Shown here one piece after another: positions 1 to 10,862 of a stretch of 64,000 nt of DNA. Within the stretch, counting starts at the first letter, position 1, and each line of letters begins with the position of its first letter. The position numbers and the translations under genes were made by a program. This DNA comes from Xylographa opegraphella. Taxonomy: Eukaryota. The stretch spans positions 124,001-188,000 of the forward strand of contig JALDZX010000002.1 in assembly GCA_022813865.1 (NCBI GenBank), in the 5' to 3' direction. A model generated the notes under the pieces. That model did not search any database, was not told where the DNA came from, and saw only the letters and a program-made list of their open reading frames with translations.

Positions 1-326
1 GTGGTGACAAGCTGGCTCGATCATGGGGCACCTACACCGGGAAGTTTGATGCCGCAGTCACCGCATTTTGGTGCGGTTCCCTTCTTTTTGATGTGTAGAT
101 AGCGTAATTCTCCTCCGGGCGTCTTGATCACACGGACTTTGTTCGAGCGTGTATTGTATCTGAACTTTGGTGTTAGATTATCCCGGGGATACCTCCACTT
201 CAATATAGGCCCAACTAGATAAACGAGGGACTTACGGATTCCTCCGGCGCTGAGAGACGTCGATTAGCACGTGCATTATAACATTGTAGACACAGAGCTT
301 ACATATGTCAGTCTCGACGACGGCAT
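1..326 (-). CDS. RPL34: 60S ribosomal protein L34 (eL34); 3' part lies outside the window. Exons 326-303, 249-236, 159-36
   Basis: Spliced translation [54 protein letters not shown] matches eL34; canonical GTAAG/GTAGG donors and CAG acceptors. Confidence 0.95.
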
Positions 327-702
327 GATGGCTTAGAGAGGATGTTGTAGAGATTTAGAGTCGTTGTCGCGAAATTCGCTGCGCTGATCGCGAATCTGAT
401 GTTGAATTATCGATGTGTGGGTGCTAGTCCTAGAATTGACTAAAAGGGTAACTAGCGCCGTTCCGCGAAACGTTCCATATTGAAGGCAAGACGAACGCCA
501 CTTTTTTCGACAGCTGTGATACCACACCAGAGTGCTGTGTCTACAGGCTCCGTGTTTGTAAATTCCTTGTTGTCTCTTCAGTTTACATTGGACCATCATC
601 ACTGGAGGCTTCTACAAGGTATCAGTGTCTGAACGACACTCACACGTGCGCGTCGACAGGGTTTTTCACCTCTTGAAGCCCACCAACATTCTTTCTATCG
701 AT

Positions 703-3700
703 ATGGCATCATTACCCCCTCCTCCTCCAGGATGGGGTGTATCTGCGCCACCAGGCATGCCTTCAGCTCCGCCTCCTCCAGGTTATCGACCGCCAGCTGA
801 TCCGCAAGTTGCGAAGTTTGCGCAAAAGAAGAAGGAATGGCTTCGTTCGCAGCGAAACCGCTTCGGAGAGAAGAGGAAAAGTGGATTCGTGGAAACTCAG
901 AAGGCCGATATGCCACCGGAACACTTGAGGAAGATTGTGAAGGACATTGGAGATGTTTCACAGAAGAAGTTTAGCAGTGACAAACGGAGTTATCTCGGAG
1001 CTTTGAAATTTATGCCACACGCTGTACTGAAGCTGCTGGAAAATATGCCCATGCCTTGGGAGTCGTCTCGGGAAGTTAAAGTGTTATACCACGTCAACGG
1101 GTGTCTGACACTGGTCAATGAGATTCCGAGAGTCATCGAGCCAGTCTTCCACGCACAGTGGGCTACGATGTGGGTGTGTATGAGAAGGGAAAAGAGTGAC
1201 AGAAGGCATTTCAAACGTATGCGTTTTCCCCCATTTGATGATGAGGAGCCACCTTTGTCGTGGTCAGAAAACATTGAAGACGTTGAGCCTCTTGAACCTA
1301 TTCAGATGGAGCTTGACGAAATAGAGGATGGGCCTGTCTTGGAATGGTTCTATGAGCATCGACCTCTTCTGGAAAGTCCCAATGTCAACGGGGCGAGCTA
1401 CAAAGAGTGGAACCTCACTCTTCCTCAAATGGCAACACTTTATCGGTTAAGCCACCAACTTCTCAGCGATCTAGTCGACGAAAACTACTTTCATATGTTT
1501 GATCTTAAAAGCTTTCTTACTGCAAAGGCCCTTAATGTTGCCATCCCTGGTGGACCGCGCTTCGAGCCTCTGTACAAAGATGTTGATCCGAACGACGAAG
1601 ACTTTGGGGAGTTCAACGCGATCGATCGAATAATATTCCGTGCGCCCATCAGGACGGAATACCGGGTGGCCTTTCCTTTCCTTTACAATTCCTTGCCCCG
1701 AAGCGTTCAACTATCTTGGTACTCCTACCCACAGGTCGTATATGTCAATGCCGAAGACCCAAACCTACCAGCGTTCTACTTTGATCCTGTAATTAATCCG
1801 ATATCGTCGCGTTCCGTCGCGCCTAAGAATCTCACTGTTAGCCACGAAGATGAGATATTTGGGTATGGCAATTCCGAAGACGAGGAATTCAAGCTACCTG
1901 GCAATACGGAGCCTTTTCTGGCAGACGAGGAGCTTTACACTAGCGAAACCTCCTCTGCGATCAAGCTTTGGTGGGCACCATTTCCTTTCGACCGCCGTTC
2001 TGGTAAAATGGTACGAGCACAAGATGTACCATTAGTGAAGCAGTGGTATCTCGAGCACTGTCCACAGGGGCAACCAGTAAAAGTCCGTGTATCATATCAA
2101 AAGCTTCTCAAAACTTATGTGCTCAACGAGCTGCACAAGAAAAAGCCAAAAGCACAGAACAAGCAGAACCTGATGAAGTCTCTCAAAACAACGAAATTCT
2201 TTCAGCAGACAACCATCGATTGGGTAGAAGCTGGCCTTCAAGTTTGCCGACAGGGCTTCAATATGTTGAATCTGCTCATTCACCGTAAAAACTTGACCTA
2301 TCTTCACCTTGACTACAACTTCAATCTGAAACCTGTCAAGACTTTGACAACAAAGGAGCGCAAAAAGTCCCGTTTCGGCAATGCTTTCCATCTTATGAGA
2401 GAAATCCTGCGTTTGACGAAGCTAATTGTGGACGCTCAAGTACAATATCGTCTTGGTAATATTGATGCATTCCAACTTGCCGATGGTATATTGTACGCTT
2501 TCAACCACGTCGGTCAATTGACAGGCATGTACCGATACAAGTATAAGCTTATGCATCAAATCCGGTCCTGCAAGGACTTGAAGCATTTGATCTACTACCG
2601 TTTCAACTCAGGCCCAGTGGGTAAGGGTCCAGGATGCGGGTTTTGGGCACCTGCTTGGAGGGTATGGCTGTTCTTCATGAGGGGAATAATCCCACTTCTT
2701 GAACGGTGGTTGGGTAATCTGCTTTCTCGTCAATTCGAAGGTCGACACAGCAAGGGCGTAGCAAAGACTGTCACCAAACAAAGAGTCGAATCACACTTCG
2801 ATCTTGAGCTTCGCGCTTCTGTCATGGCGGATTTGATGGACATGATGCCCGAGGGTATTAAGCAAAACAAGGTCAATACCGTCCTACAGCATCTCTCGGA
2901 AGCCTGGCGATGCTGGAAGAGTAACATTCCATGGAAAGTTCCGGGATTGCCTGCTCCTATCGAGAATATCATTCTTAGATACGTTAAAAGCAAGGCCGAC
3001 TGGTGGATCTCTGTAGCGCATTACAATCGTGAGCGTATTCGCAGAGGTGCGACAGTGGACAAGACTGTGGCGAAGAAAAATCTAGGCCGTCTCACACGAT
3101 TGTGGCTTAAGGCAGAGCAAGAGCGACAACACAACTATATGAAGGACGGCCCCTATGTCTCGTCTGAGGAGGCTGTCGCTATCTACACTACTACCGTTCA
3201 CTGGCTCGAATCTCGCAAATTCTCACCAATTCCTTTCCCAGCTGTTTCCTATAAGCATGATACAAAGATTCTAATACTTGCTCTAGAACGTCTTCGAGAG
3301 GCTTACTCCGTCAAGGGTCGGCTGAACCAGAGTCAGAGGGAAGAGTTGGCCCTGATTGAACAAGCATATGATTCTCCAGGTACCACGCTTACAAGGATCA
3401 AACGCTTCCTCCTAACACAGCGTGCTTTCAAAGAGGTTGGCATCGACATGAATGACAACTACAGTAGTATTAATCCAGTATACGACATTGAGCCCATCGA
3501 GAAGATCACTGATGCATATCTCGATCAGTACTTGTGGTATCAAGCTGACCAGCGACACTTATTCCCAGCGTGGATTAAGCCTTCGGACTCGGAAGTGCCG
3601 CCATTATTGACTTACAAATGGGCACAAGGTATCAATAACCTGAGCAACGTATGGGAAACAGCAGATGGAGAATGTAATGTTATGATCGAGACGCAGCTAT

Positions 3701-6700
3701 CAAAAGTGTATGAAAAGATCGATCTAACTCTTCTCAACCGGCTGCTGCGATTGATTATGGACCACAACTTAGCAGATTATATCTCTTCGAAGAACAATGT
3801 TCAGCTCAACTACAAAGATATGAACCATACGAATAGCTACGGTATGATTCGAGGACTTCAATTCTCCGCTTTTGTATTTCAGTACTACGGTCTAGTCCTT
3901 GATCTCCTCATGCTGGGTCTTCAACGAGCAAGTGAGATCGCTGGCCCGCCACAGAGTCCAAACGACTTCCTCCAGTTCCGGGACCGTGCTTCTGAGACTA
4001 GACATCCCATTCGTCTGTACACAAGGTACATCGATCGCATCTGGGTGTTCCTTCGATTTACCGCCGACGAGTCTCGAGATCTGATACAGCGATTCTTGAC
4101 CGAACAGCCAGATCCCAACTTTGAGAATGTCATCGGTTACCGAAACAAGAAGTGCTGGCCCCGCGATTCAAGAATGAGGCTTATGAGACATGATGTCAAC
4201 CTTGGTAGAGCTGTGTTCTGGGATCTGAAGAACCGACTACCAAGGTCAATTACTACCATTGAATGGGATGACACATTTGCGAGTGTTTACAGCAGAGACA
4301 ACCCCAACTTGCTCTTCTCTATGTGTGGCTTCGAGGTTCGTATACTTCCGAAGATTCGGAACCAAAATGAGGAGTTCCCGGTGAAAGACAGTGTCTGGTC
4401 ATTGGTCGATAACAGTACCAAAGAGAGGACTGCACACGCGTTCTTGCAAGTCACCGAGGAAGATATTCAGAAGTTCAACAACCGCATCCGCCAGATATTA
4501 ATGTCTTCGGGGTCCACCACGTTTACGAAGATCGCAAACAAATGGAACACGAGCTTGATTGCGCTTTTTACATACTATCGTGAAGCCGCCGTATCAACTG
4601 TCGGCCTTCTCGATACTATCGTCAAGTGTGAGACAAAGATTCAGACCAGAGTCAAGATTGGGCTTAACTCAAAGATGCCCTCACGATTCCCACCCGCTGT
4701 TTTCTACACTCCTAAGGAGCTGGGTGGCTTGGGTATGATCTCGGGATCTCATATTCTCATCCCAACCAGTGACAAGCGATGGTCAAAGCAGACAGATACT
4801 GGAGTAACACACTACCGCTCCGGTATGACCCATGACGAAGAAACTCTCATTCCCAATATCTTCCGATATATTATTCCTTGGGAAGCCGAATTTATCGACT
4901 CTCAACGAGTATGGACTGAGTATTCTCAGAAGCGACAAGAGGCAAACCAACAGAACCGTCGGTTAACTCTCGAGGATCTTGAAGATAGTTGGGATCGCGG
5001 GTTGCCACGTATAAATACACTCTTTCAAAAAGATCGGAGCACCTTGAGTTTCGATAAGGGTTTCCGAGCCCGTACGGAATTCAAGACCTATCAACTAATG
5101 AAGAGTAATCCCTTCTGGTGGACCAGTCAGAGGCACGACGGTAAATTATGGAATCTGAACGCCTACAGAACAGACGTGATTCAGGCACTTGGGGGTGTTG
5201 AAACTATTCTTGAGCACACTCTCTTTAAAGCTACTGCATTCCCCTCATGGGAAGGTCTGTTTTGGGAAAAAGCATGTCTCGCCAATGGAACCATGCTGTT
5301 GCGCTACGACGGCTCTGAGATCGCGGTAGAGAATGTCGTCGAAGGAGACCTGCTCCTGGGTCCCGATGGTGGCCCTCGTCGCGCATTCAATGTGGTGAAA
5401 GGGACGGATTCGCTTTACCGTATCAAGATGGGTTCTCGGAAAGAAGATCTTGTTGTGACGTCCAATCATATCTTGGTTCTACACCGCGAGAAGCGATACA
5501 AGAGTCAATTCAACGTCGAGGATAAACCTTTCGACGCGTCACAGGCTTTGATAGCCGAGCCCTATGATACGGTTGAAATGACTACCGTCAATTTTGCATC
5601 TCTGGATTCTGCAGAAAGGGCCAAGTACCGACTTTTCAGGTGTCCCGGTTTTGAGCTGCCTGAGCAGACGGTGCCAGTCAACCCTTATTTCCTTGGTCTT
5701 TGGCTAGGCGATGGAAAGCGTAGTAATACTGCTATCTACAACGACCACGAAGCTGCGATCCGTGAATTTCTTGCCTGTTATGCTGCTGAACTCGACCTTC
5801 ATCTTTCTCTTGACAGTCAGAACTCTGCATCTCAGCGTGCAGTAAGGTGTCAAGCGCGGCAGAAGATTATCAAGCATCGTGGAGCAAGGCATAGTCTGAG
5901 TTCGAGCAGCACAAAGAACGACATCGATTTCCACGTGATCAATGCGTCGACTGAGGACCAAGACGAGTTTGATGAAGGCGGCGAGTCCAAAAAGCGTCAG
6001 CGTGTTGCTCGTTTGAAAACTGGTCGTCAAGCGTATGGTATTCTGGAACAAGCGGAAGAAGAGGAACTTGCCAAACAGATAGTTGACCATGCTGAGGCAC
6101 CCACTGGCGTTGATAAGCTTCTTCTTGCGCTTCGCGGATTGGGGTTGCTTACGACTGCAACGAGGGACCCCGACGCTGATCGAAGACGTATTCCCGGGGT
6201 GTTTTCGAAGAATACACGAGCCATCCGCCTTGCTGTTCTTGCAGGCCTGCTCGACACCAACGGCTGGTTTGTCTATCCCGAGAACATGTTCGGCTTCGCC
6301 CAGAGCGAGTGCTGGCACTCTGGTCTTTTCTCGGATGCTGTTGCCCTGGCACGTTCGCTTGGCTTCAGTGTATGGACTAAGCGGCGTATGGTCTGGAATT
6401 CAACTCGTACTGAGCAATATCCTCAATTAATTGCTCATATCTTTGGCAACATAACGGAAATCCCTTGTCTGCTATCGCGCAAGACAGCTGTCAACCGGTC
6501 CGTTCCACAAGCCCATAGCTTTGTAATCAAGGACATCTCTCTCGAATCGGCGCCATCGAAATGGTCTGGTTTCCGTGTTGATCAAGATCAGCTGTACCTG
6601 CGACATGATTATATGGTGCTCCACAATTCGGGTTTTGAAGAGTCGATGAAATTCAAGAAATTGACCAACGCTCAACGTTCAGGTCTCAACCAGATTCCCA

Positions 6701-9345
6701 ATCGTCGGTTTACTCTCTGGTGGTCCCCCACAATCAATCGTGCCAATGTGTACGTCGGTTTCCAAGTCCAACTGGATTTGACGGGTATCTTCTTGCACGG
6801 CAAAATCCCGACACTGAAGATATCCCTCATTCAGATTTTCCGTGCACATTTGTGGCAGAAGATTCATGAGTCAGTAGTCATGGACCTCTGTCAGGTCTTC
6901 GACCAAGAGATGGACAGTCTAGGTATTGAAACCGTGCAGAAGGAAACCATCCATCCTCGAAAATCCTACAAGATGAACAGTTCATGCGCAGATATCCTTC
7001 TATTTGCAACTCACAAGTGGAATGTGACGAGGCCCTCGATCTTGTTTGATACCAAAGATATTACGGAACCAACAACCACAAACAAGTTCTGGATCGATGT
7101 GCAGCTCCGATACGGCGATTACGATTCCCACGACATTGAGCGTTACGTACGTGCTAAATACCTCGACTACACCACTGACAGTATGAGTATTTACCCATCC
7201 GCCACTGGTTTGATGATAGGTATCGACTTGGCTTACAACCTGTACTCTGCGTACGGACAGTATTTCCCTGGATTGAAGACTTTGGTACAACAAGCCATGG
7301 CCAAAATCATGAAAGCCAATCCGGCGTTGTATGTTTTGCGTGAACGTATCCGGAAGGGTCTCCAGCTATATGCTTCTGAGAGCAACCAGGAGTTCTTGAA
7401 CTCGCAAAATTACTCTGAGCTTTTTAGCAATCAAATTCAGCTCTTCATTGATGATACCAATGTCTATCGTGTTACGATCCACAAGACGTTCGAGGGTAAC
7501 TTGACGACCAAGCCGATCAACGGAGCTATTTTTATCTTCAACCCCAAGACAGGTCAGCTCTTCCTCAAGATCATTCACACGAGTGTCTGGGCGGGTCAGA
7601 AGCGATTAGGGCAATTAGCGAAATGGAAGACAGCAGAAGAAGTAGCTGCCTTGATTCGATCTCTGCCTGTTCAAGAGCAGCCGAAGCAGCTCATCGTGAC
7701 AAGAAAGGGCCTACTAGATCCGCTTGAGGTACATCTCTTGGACTTCCCAAACATTTCCATCCGAGCTTCGGAGCTTCAACTTCCCTTCCAGGCGGCTATG
7801 AAGGTCGAAAAGTTAGGTGACATGATTCTTCGTGCCACCGAACCGAAGATGATTCTCTGCAATCTATATGATGAATGGCCAAAGACAATATCCTCGTACA
7901 CTGCCTTCTCACGATTGATCCTGATTCTTCGCGCACTGCACGTCAACCAAGACAAGACTAAACTTTTGTTGCGGCCTGATAAAACCGTCATCACGCAAGA
8001 TCACCACATCTGGCCTACGCTCTCGGATGAAGACTGGATTAAAGTTGAAGTGCAGCTTCGAGATCTCATTCTTAATGACTACGGCAAGAAGAACAACGTA
8101 AACACCTCGAGCTTGACTGCCAGCGAAGTCCGAGACATCATCCTCGGTATGGAAATCAGCGCGCCCTCTATGCAACGGCAGCAAGCGGCCGAGATCGAAA
8201 AGCAACAGCAAGAGCAGCAGCAACTCACCGCCGTTACGACCAAGACTCAAAACGTTCACGGGGAAGAAATCATCGTTACCACCACCTCTCAATTCGAACA
8301 ACAATCTTTCGCCTCGAAAACCGAATGGCGTACGCGCGCCATCGCCACCTCCAACCTCCGTACCCGTGCCAATAACATATACATATCCTCCGACGACATC
8401 CGCGAAGAAGGTCACCCCACATACATCATGCCCAAAAACATACTCAAGCGCTTTATCGCCATCGCCGACTTGCGTGTCCAGGTCGCCGGCTACCTATACG
8501 GTAGCTCCCCACCCGACAACGCGCAAGTCAAAGAGGTCCGCACCATCGTCATGGTCCCGCAGGTTGGCAACACGCGCGACATCCAGCTCCCAACGCAGCT
8601 GCCACAGCACGAGTACCTCACCGGTATGGAACCACTGGGCATCATCCACACCGTCGCCGGAAACGAGCCGCCGTACATGACGGCCATGGACGTCACGCAG
8701 CACGCGCGCCTCATGAGCGCCCACCCCGAGTGGGACAAGAAGACCGTCACCATGACCGTCTCCTTCACGCCCGGCTCCGTCTCCCTCGCCGCCTGGGCCC
8801 TCACGCCGCAGGGCTACAAGTGGGGCGCCGACAACAAGGACCTGGGCAGCGAGCAGCCGCAGGGCTTCGCCACCAGCATGGGCGACAAGTGCCAGCTGCT
8901 GCTGAGCGACAAGATCCGCGGCTACTTCCTCGTGCCGGAGAACAGCCTGTGGAACTACAGCTTCATGGGCAGCTCCTTTGGCAGCGTGGAGAAGAAGCCT
9001 GTGTTTGTGAAGATCGATACCCCATTGGTGAGTTTCTTTGTCTGCTTGTTATGGAGGCCCCCCCCTCCCCTCCCCTCCCCTCCTCTGGTGTATGTCAGTG
9101 CTGTCGTATTTTTTCTTTCTTTCTTTTTCTTTCTTTCTTTTTCTTTCTTTCTTTTTCTTTCTTTCTTTTTCTTTCTATGCCGTTCTTGGTGTCCGTTCTT
9201 GTGGACGATGGACTTTGCTGACTCGTGGCGCGTGTTTTTTCTCTCCCAACAGCCTTTCTACGCCGATCAGCACCGTCCGCTGCATTTCCAGAACTTCGCC
9301 GAGCTGGAGGACATCTGGGTGGATCGGCAGGATAATTTCGAGTAA
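703..9345 (+). CDS. PRP8: Pre-mRNA splicing factor Prp8 (U5 snRNP), intein-containing; exons 703-9027 and 9253-9345
   Basis: Prp8 motifs throughout ([38 protein letters not shown], RNase H-like and Jab1/MPN regions, C-terminal [12 protein letters not shown]). First ATG at 703; intron GTGAGT(9028)...GCTGAC...CAG(9252). Confidence 0.98.
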   Translation: MASLPPPPPGWGVSAPPGMPSAPPPPGYRPPADPQVAKFAQKKKEWLRSQRNRFGEKRKSGFVETQKADMPPEHLRKIVKDIGDVSQKKFSSDKRSYLGALKFMPHAVLKLLENMPMPWESSREVKVLYHVNGCLTLVNEIPRVIEPVFHAQWATMWVCMRREKSDRRHFKRMRFPPFDDEEPPLSWSENIEDVEPLEPIQMELDEIEDGPVLEWFYEHRPLLESPNVNGASYKEWNLTLPQMATLYRLSHQLLSDLVDENYFHMFDLKSFLTAKALNVAIPGGPRFEPLYKDVDPNDEDFGEFNAIDRIIFRAPIRTEYRVAFPFLYNSLPRSVQLSWYSYPQVVYVNAEDPNLPAFYFDPVINPISSRSVAPKNLTVSHEDEIFGYGNSEDEEFKLPGNTEPFLADEELYTSETSSAIKLWWAPFPFDRRSGKMVRAQDVPLVKQWYLEHCPQGQPVKVRVSYQKLLKTYVLNELHKKKPKAQNKQNLMKSLKTTKFFQQTTIDWVEAGLQVCRQGFNMLNLLIHRKNLTYLHLDYNFNLKPVKTLTTKERKKSRFGNAFHLMREILRLTKLIVDAQVQYRLGNIDAFQLADGILYAFNHVGQLTGMYRYKYKLMHQIRSCKDLKHLIYYRFNSGPVGKGPGCGFWAPAWRVWLFFMRGIIPLLERWLGNLLSRQFEGRHSKGVAKTVTKQRVESHFDLELRASVMADLMDMMPEGIKQNKVNTVLQHLSEAWRCWKSNIPWKVPGLPAPIENIILRYVKSKADWWISVAHYNRERIRRGATVDKTVAKKNLGRLTRLWLKAEQERQHNYMKDGPYVSSEEAVAIYTTTVHWLESRKFSPIPFPAVSYKHDTKILILALERLREAYSVKGRLNQSQREELALIEQAYDSPGTTLTRIKRFLLTQRAFKEVGIDMNDNYSSINPVYDIEPIEKITDAYLDQYLWYQADQRHLFPAWIKPSDSEVPPLLTYKWAQGINNLSNVWETADGECNVMIETQLSKVYEKIDLTLLNRLLRLIMDHNLADYISSKNNVQLNYKDMNHTNSYGMIRGLQFSAFVFQYYGLVLDLLMLGLQRASEIAGPPQSPNDFLQFRDRASETRHPIRLYTRYIDRIWVFLRFTADESRDLIQRFLTEQPDPNFENVIGYRNKKCWPRDSRMRLMRHDVNLGRAVFWDLKNRLPRSITTIEWDDTFASVYSRDNPNLLFSMCGFEVRILPKIRNQNEEFPVKDSVWSLVDNSTKERTAHAFLQVTEEDIQKFNNRIRQILMSSGSTTFTKIANKWNTSLIALFTYYREAAVSTVGLLDTIVKCETKIQTRVKIGLNSKMPSRFPPAVFYTPKELGGLGMISGSHILIPTSDKRWSKQTDTGVTHYRSGMTHDEETLIPNIFRYIIPWEAEFIDSQRVWTEYSQKRQEANQQNRRLTLEDLEDSWDRGLPRINTLFQKDRSTLSFDKGFRARTEFKTYQLMKSNPFWWTSQRHDGKLWNLNAYRTDVIQALGGVETILEHTLFKATAFPSWEGLFWEKACLANGTMLLRYDGSEIAVENVVEGDLLLGPDGGPRRAFNVVKGTDSLYRIKMGSRKEDLVVTSNHILVLHREKRYKSQFNVEDKPFDASQALIAEPYDTVEMTTVNFASLDSAERAKYRLFRCPGFELPEQTVPVNPYFLGLWLGDGKRSNTAIYNDHEAAIREFLACYAAELDLHLSLDSQNSASQRAVRCQARQKIIKHRGARHSLSSSSTKNDIDFHVINASTEDQDEFDEGGESKKRQRVARLKTGRQAYGILEQAEEEELAKQIVDHAEAPTGVDKLLLALRGLGLLTTATRDPDADRRRIPGVFSKNTRAIRLAVLAGLLDTNGWFVYPENMFGFAQSECWHSGLFSDAVALARSLGFSVWTKRRMVWNSTRTEQYPQLIAHIFGNITEIPCLLSRKTAVNRSVPQAHSFVIKDISLESAPSKWSGFRVDQDQLYLRHDYMVLHNSGFEESMKFKKLTNAQRSGLNQIPNRRFTLWWSPTINRANVYVGFQVQLDLTGIFLHGKIPTLKISLIQIFRAHLWQKIHESVVMDLCQVFDQEMDSLGIETVQKETIHPRKSYKMNSSCADILLFATHKWNVTRPSILFDTKDITEPTTTNKFWIDVQLRYGDYDSHDIERYVRAKYLDYTTDSMSIYPSATGLMIGIDLAYNLYSAYGQYFPGLKTLVQQAMAKIMKANPALYVLRERIRKGLQLYASESNQEFLNSQNYSELFSNQIQLFIDDTNVYRVTIHKTFEGNLTTKPINGAIFIFNPKTGQLFLKIIHTSVWAGQKRLGQLAKWKTAEEVAALIRSLPVQEQPKQLIVTRKGLLDPLEVHLLDFPNISIRASELQLPFQAAMKVEKLGDMILRATEPKMILCNLYDEWPKTISSYTAFSRLILILRALHVNQDKTKLLLRPDKTVITQDHHIWPTLSDEDWIKVEVQLRDLILNDYGKKNNVNTSSLTASEVRDIILGMEISAPSMQRQQAAEIEKQQQEQQQLTAVTTKTQNVHGEEIIVTTTSQFEQQSFASKTEWRTRAIATSNLRTRANNIYISSDDIREEGHPTYIMPKNILKRFIAIADLRVQVAGYLYGSSPPDNAQVKEVRTIVMVPQVGNTRDIQLPTQLPQHEYLTGMEPLGIIHTVAGNEPPYMTAMDVTQHARLMSAHPEWDKKTVTMTVSFTPGSVSLAAWALTPQGYKWGADNKDLGSEQPQGFATSMGDKCQLLLSDKIRGYFLVPENSLWNYSFMGSSFGSVEKKPVFVKIDTPLVSFFVCLLWRPPPPLPSPPLVYVSAVVFFLSFFFFLSFSFFLFLSFFFFLCRSWCPFLWTMDFADSWRVFFLSQQPFYADQHRPLHFQNFAELEDIWVDRQDNFE
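5275..6627 (+). mobile_element. PRP8 intein (451 aa) with embedded, probably degenerate LAGLIDADG homing endonuclease
   Basis: In-frame insertion between FWEKA and SGFEES, the known fungal PRP8 intein site; starts with Cys (CLANGT), block [11 protein letters not shown], ends VLHN followed by Ser+1; endonuclease motifs [11 protein letters not shown] (5683-5715) and LAGLLDTNG (6238-6264). Confidence 0.97.
9108..9176 (+). repeat. Polypyrimidine (TTTC/TTTTC)-like low-complexity tract in the PRP8 intron
   Basis: About 65 nt of T/C only, seen directly. Confidence 0.9.
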
Positions 9346-9717
9346 GGTCGGGTGTTGGAGGACAGGCTGTGTGGGTGCGTTACGTCGGGTGTGGATGTAT
9401 ATCATGGGGTGTGTTGGTAGAGATGTGTGAGGGGGAGATGGAGGTGTGGAAAAGGGGGACGGACATGCGGTTTGGGCTTTGTGGCATCGACGGCGGCGTG
9501 GAAGCGGCTTTTTTTTTCTTTCTTCTTTCTTTTCGTCGGTTTTATGTGTATATAGCGCTTGGAGGTGCCGAGGAGCGATTCTACGGCTTAATGGTCGCTA
9601 CTGCATATGCGAATGCTGCTTGACGGTTTGCTTGCTATTCTACATTCTCCCCCTCCCGTCACACTTGCCACTGTACATCCCAGCTTTCGCCCCACCCACG
9701 CACTCGTCCATCCAAAT

Positions 9718-10862
9718 CTACCGATACTCCGGCCGCACAAAATCCGCAAACGTCTTCGGCTCGACGTAGTTGTGCGATCCGTCTGCGTCTGTGGGGGGGG
9801 GAAGGGCTTGGGTGTCAGCGCATGGAGATACGTGTAACTCCATCTCACCGAAGAAGGGGATTCGTAAAAGGGTGGGGAGAGGGGGGGGAGGAAGGCACGT
9901 ACGCTCCTCGCCGTGGCCGTGGTTCGCGTGCGGGTCGTCCATCGGACCGACGTACTCCATCTTCAGCACGTTGCCGCACTCTGGGCAGCGCTCCATGGGG
10001 CGGTCGCGTGACATCTGGGAGGGGGGGAGGGTTAGTGGGTTTGTCATGGGCGGTGGGGAGATGGGGAGGTGGGGAGAGGTGGCTGTGGGGAGGGGGATGG
10101 AGGTGAGGAGTTCAAGGGGGCACGTACGGTCAACCAGATCGTGACGTGCGAGTCGACCGGGTAGCCCGTGCAGCCGGCATACTGCTCGTCGCCGAAGGAG
10201 CGCACGATGATGGGGTCGTCGAGCGTGCCTGGGTGAAGGGGAAAGGCTGGTCAGCTTGGTCTCGAGTCCACTGTTTTTTCGAGGACTCCTGTTTCCGTCT
10301 CTTCCGTCGGGGCGTTTCAGCCGCTCTCAAGTATTCTTCTTCGCCATTCCTGTTACTCCAAGACACTTCGTTGCCATGGGGGGTTTTCTCCATTCCTACA
10401 CACGCACCTTTCCGCGAAGCGTCCAGCGGCTTCATGTCGAAAATGTCCACGCCCTGCATCTTGCCCAGGATCTCCAGCCGCTCCAAGCCCGTCGCCTGCT
10501 CGAGGTCGGTGGGCACGGTGCCGACGGCGCCGCCGGGGGGGAGGAGGTCGCTTTCGGTCTTGACCTCTGTTGCACGACGCCAGGGTCAGTTTCCTCTCCG
10601 CAAACGCCTCTGGGAATTGATGCTCGGGATTCTTCCGGTACCTTCGAAGGGGGTCATCTGCTTGGATGGGTCCCGGTCCATCTTCGGGGCCGTGTCTTTG
10701 CTGGCATCGCCTGCGGGTGGGTGTCAGTTTTCATCCCTACCAAGTGGGTTAGTGGGGCGGCGGCAGCGTACGGTGATGGAGCGAGGAAGTGAAGCTGCGG
10801 GAGGCGAGGGGAGTGAGGATGGTGCGCCTCGAGAGGGCAATGGCTGAGCGTCGGAGGAACAT
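9718..10862 (-). CDS. COX4: Cytochrome c oxidase subunit IV (Cox4/COX5B family), 6 exons: 10862-10772, 10710-10642, 10566-10408, 10228-10128, 10014-9903, 9788-9718
   Basis: Presequence-like MFLRRSAIALSRR; GTVPTDLEQATGLERLEILGK; Zn-ligand segments AGCTG, SH, RCPECG; all junctions GT-AG and in frame. Confidence 0.95.

Noticed and set aside
625..702. N-terminal extension of PRP8 in the ORF track
   Set aside because: Starts at GTG; the first ATG (703) gives the typical Pro-rich Prp8 N-terminus
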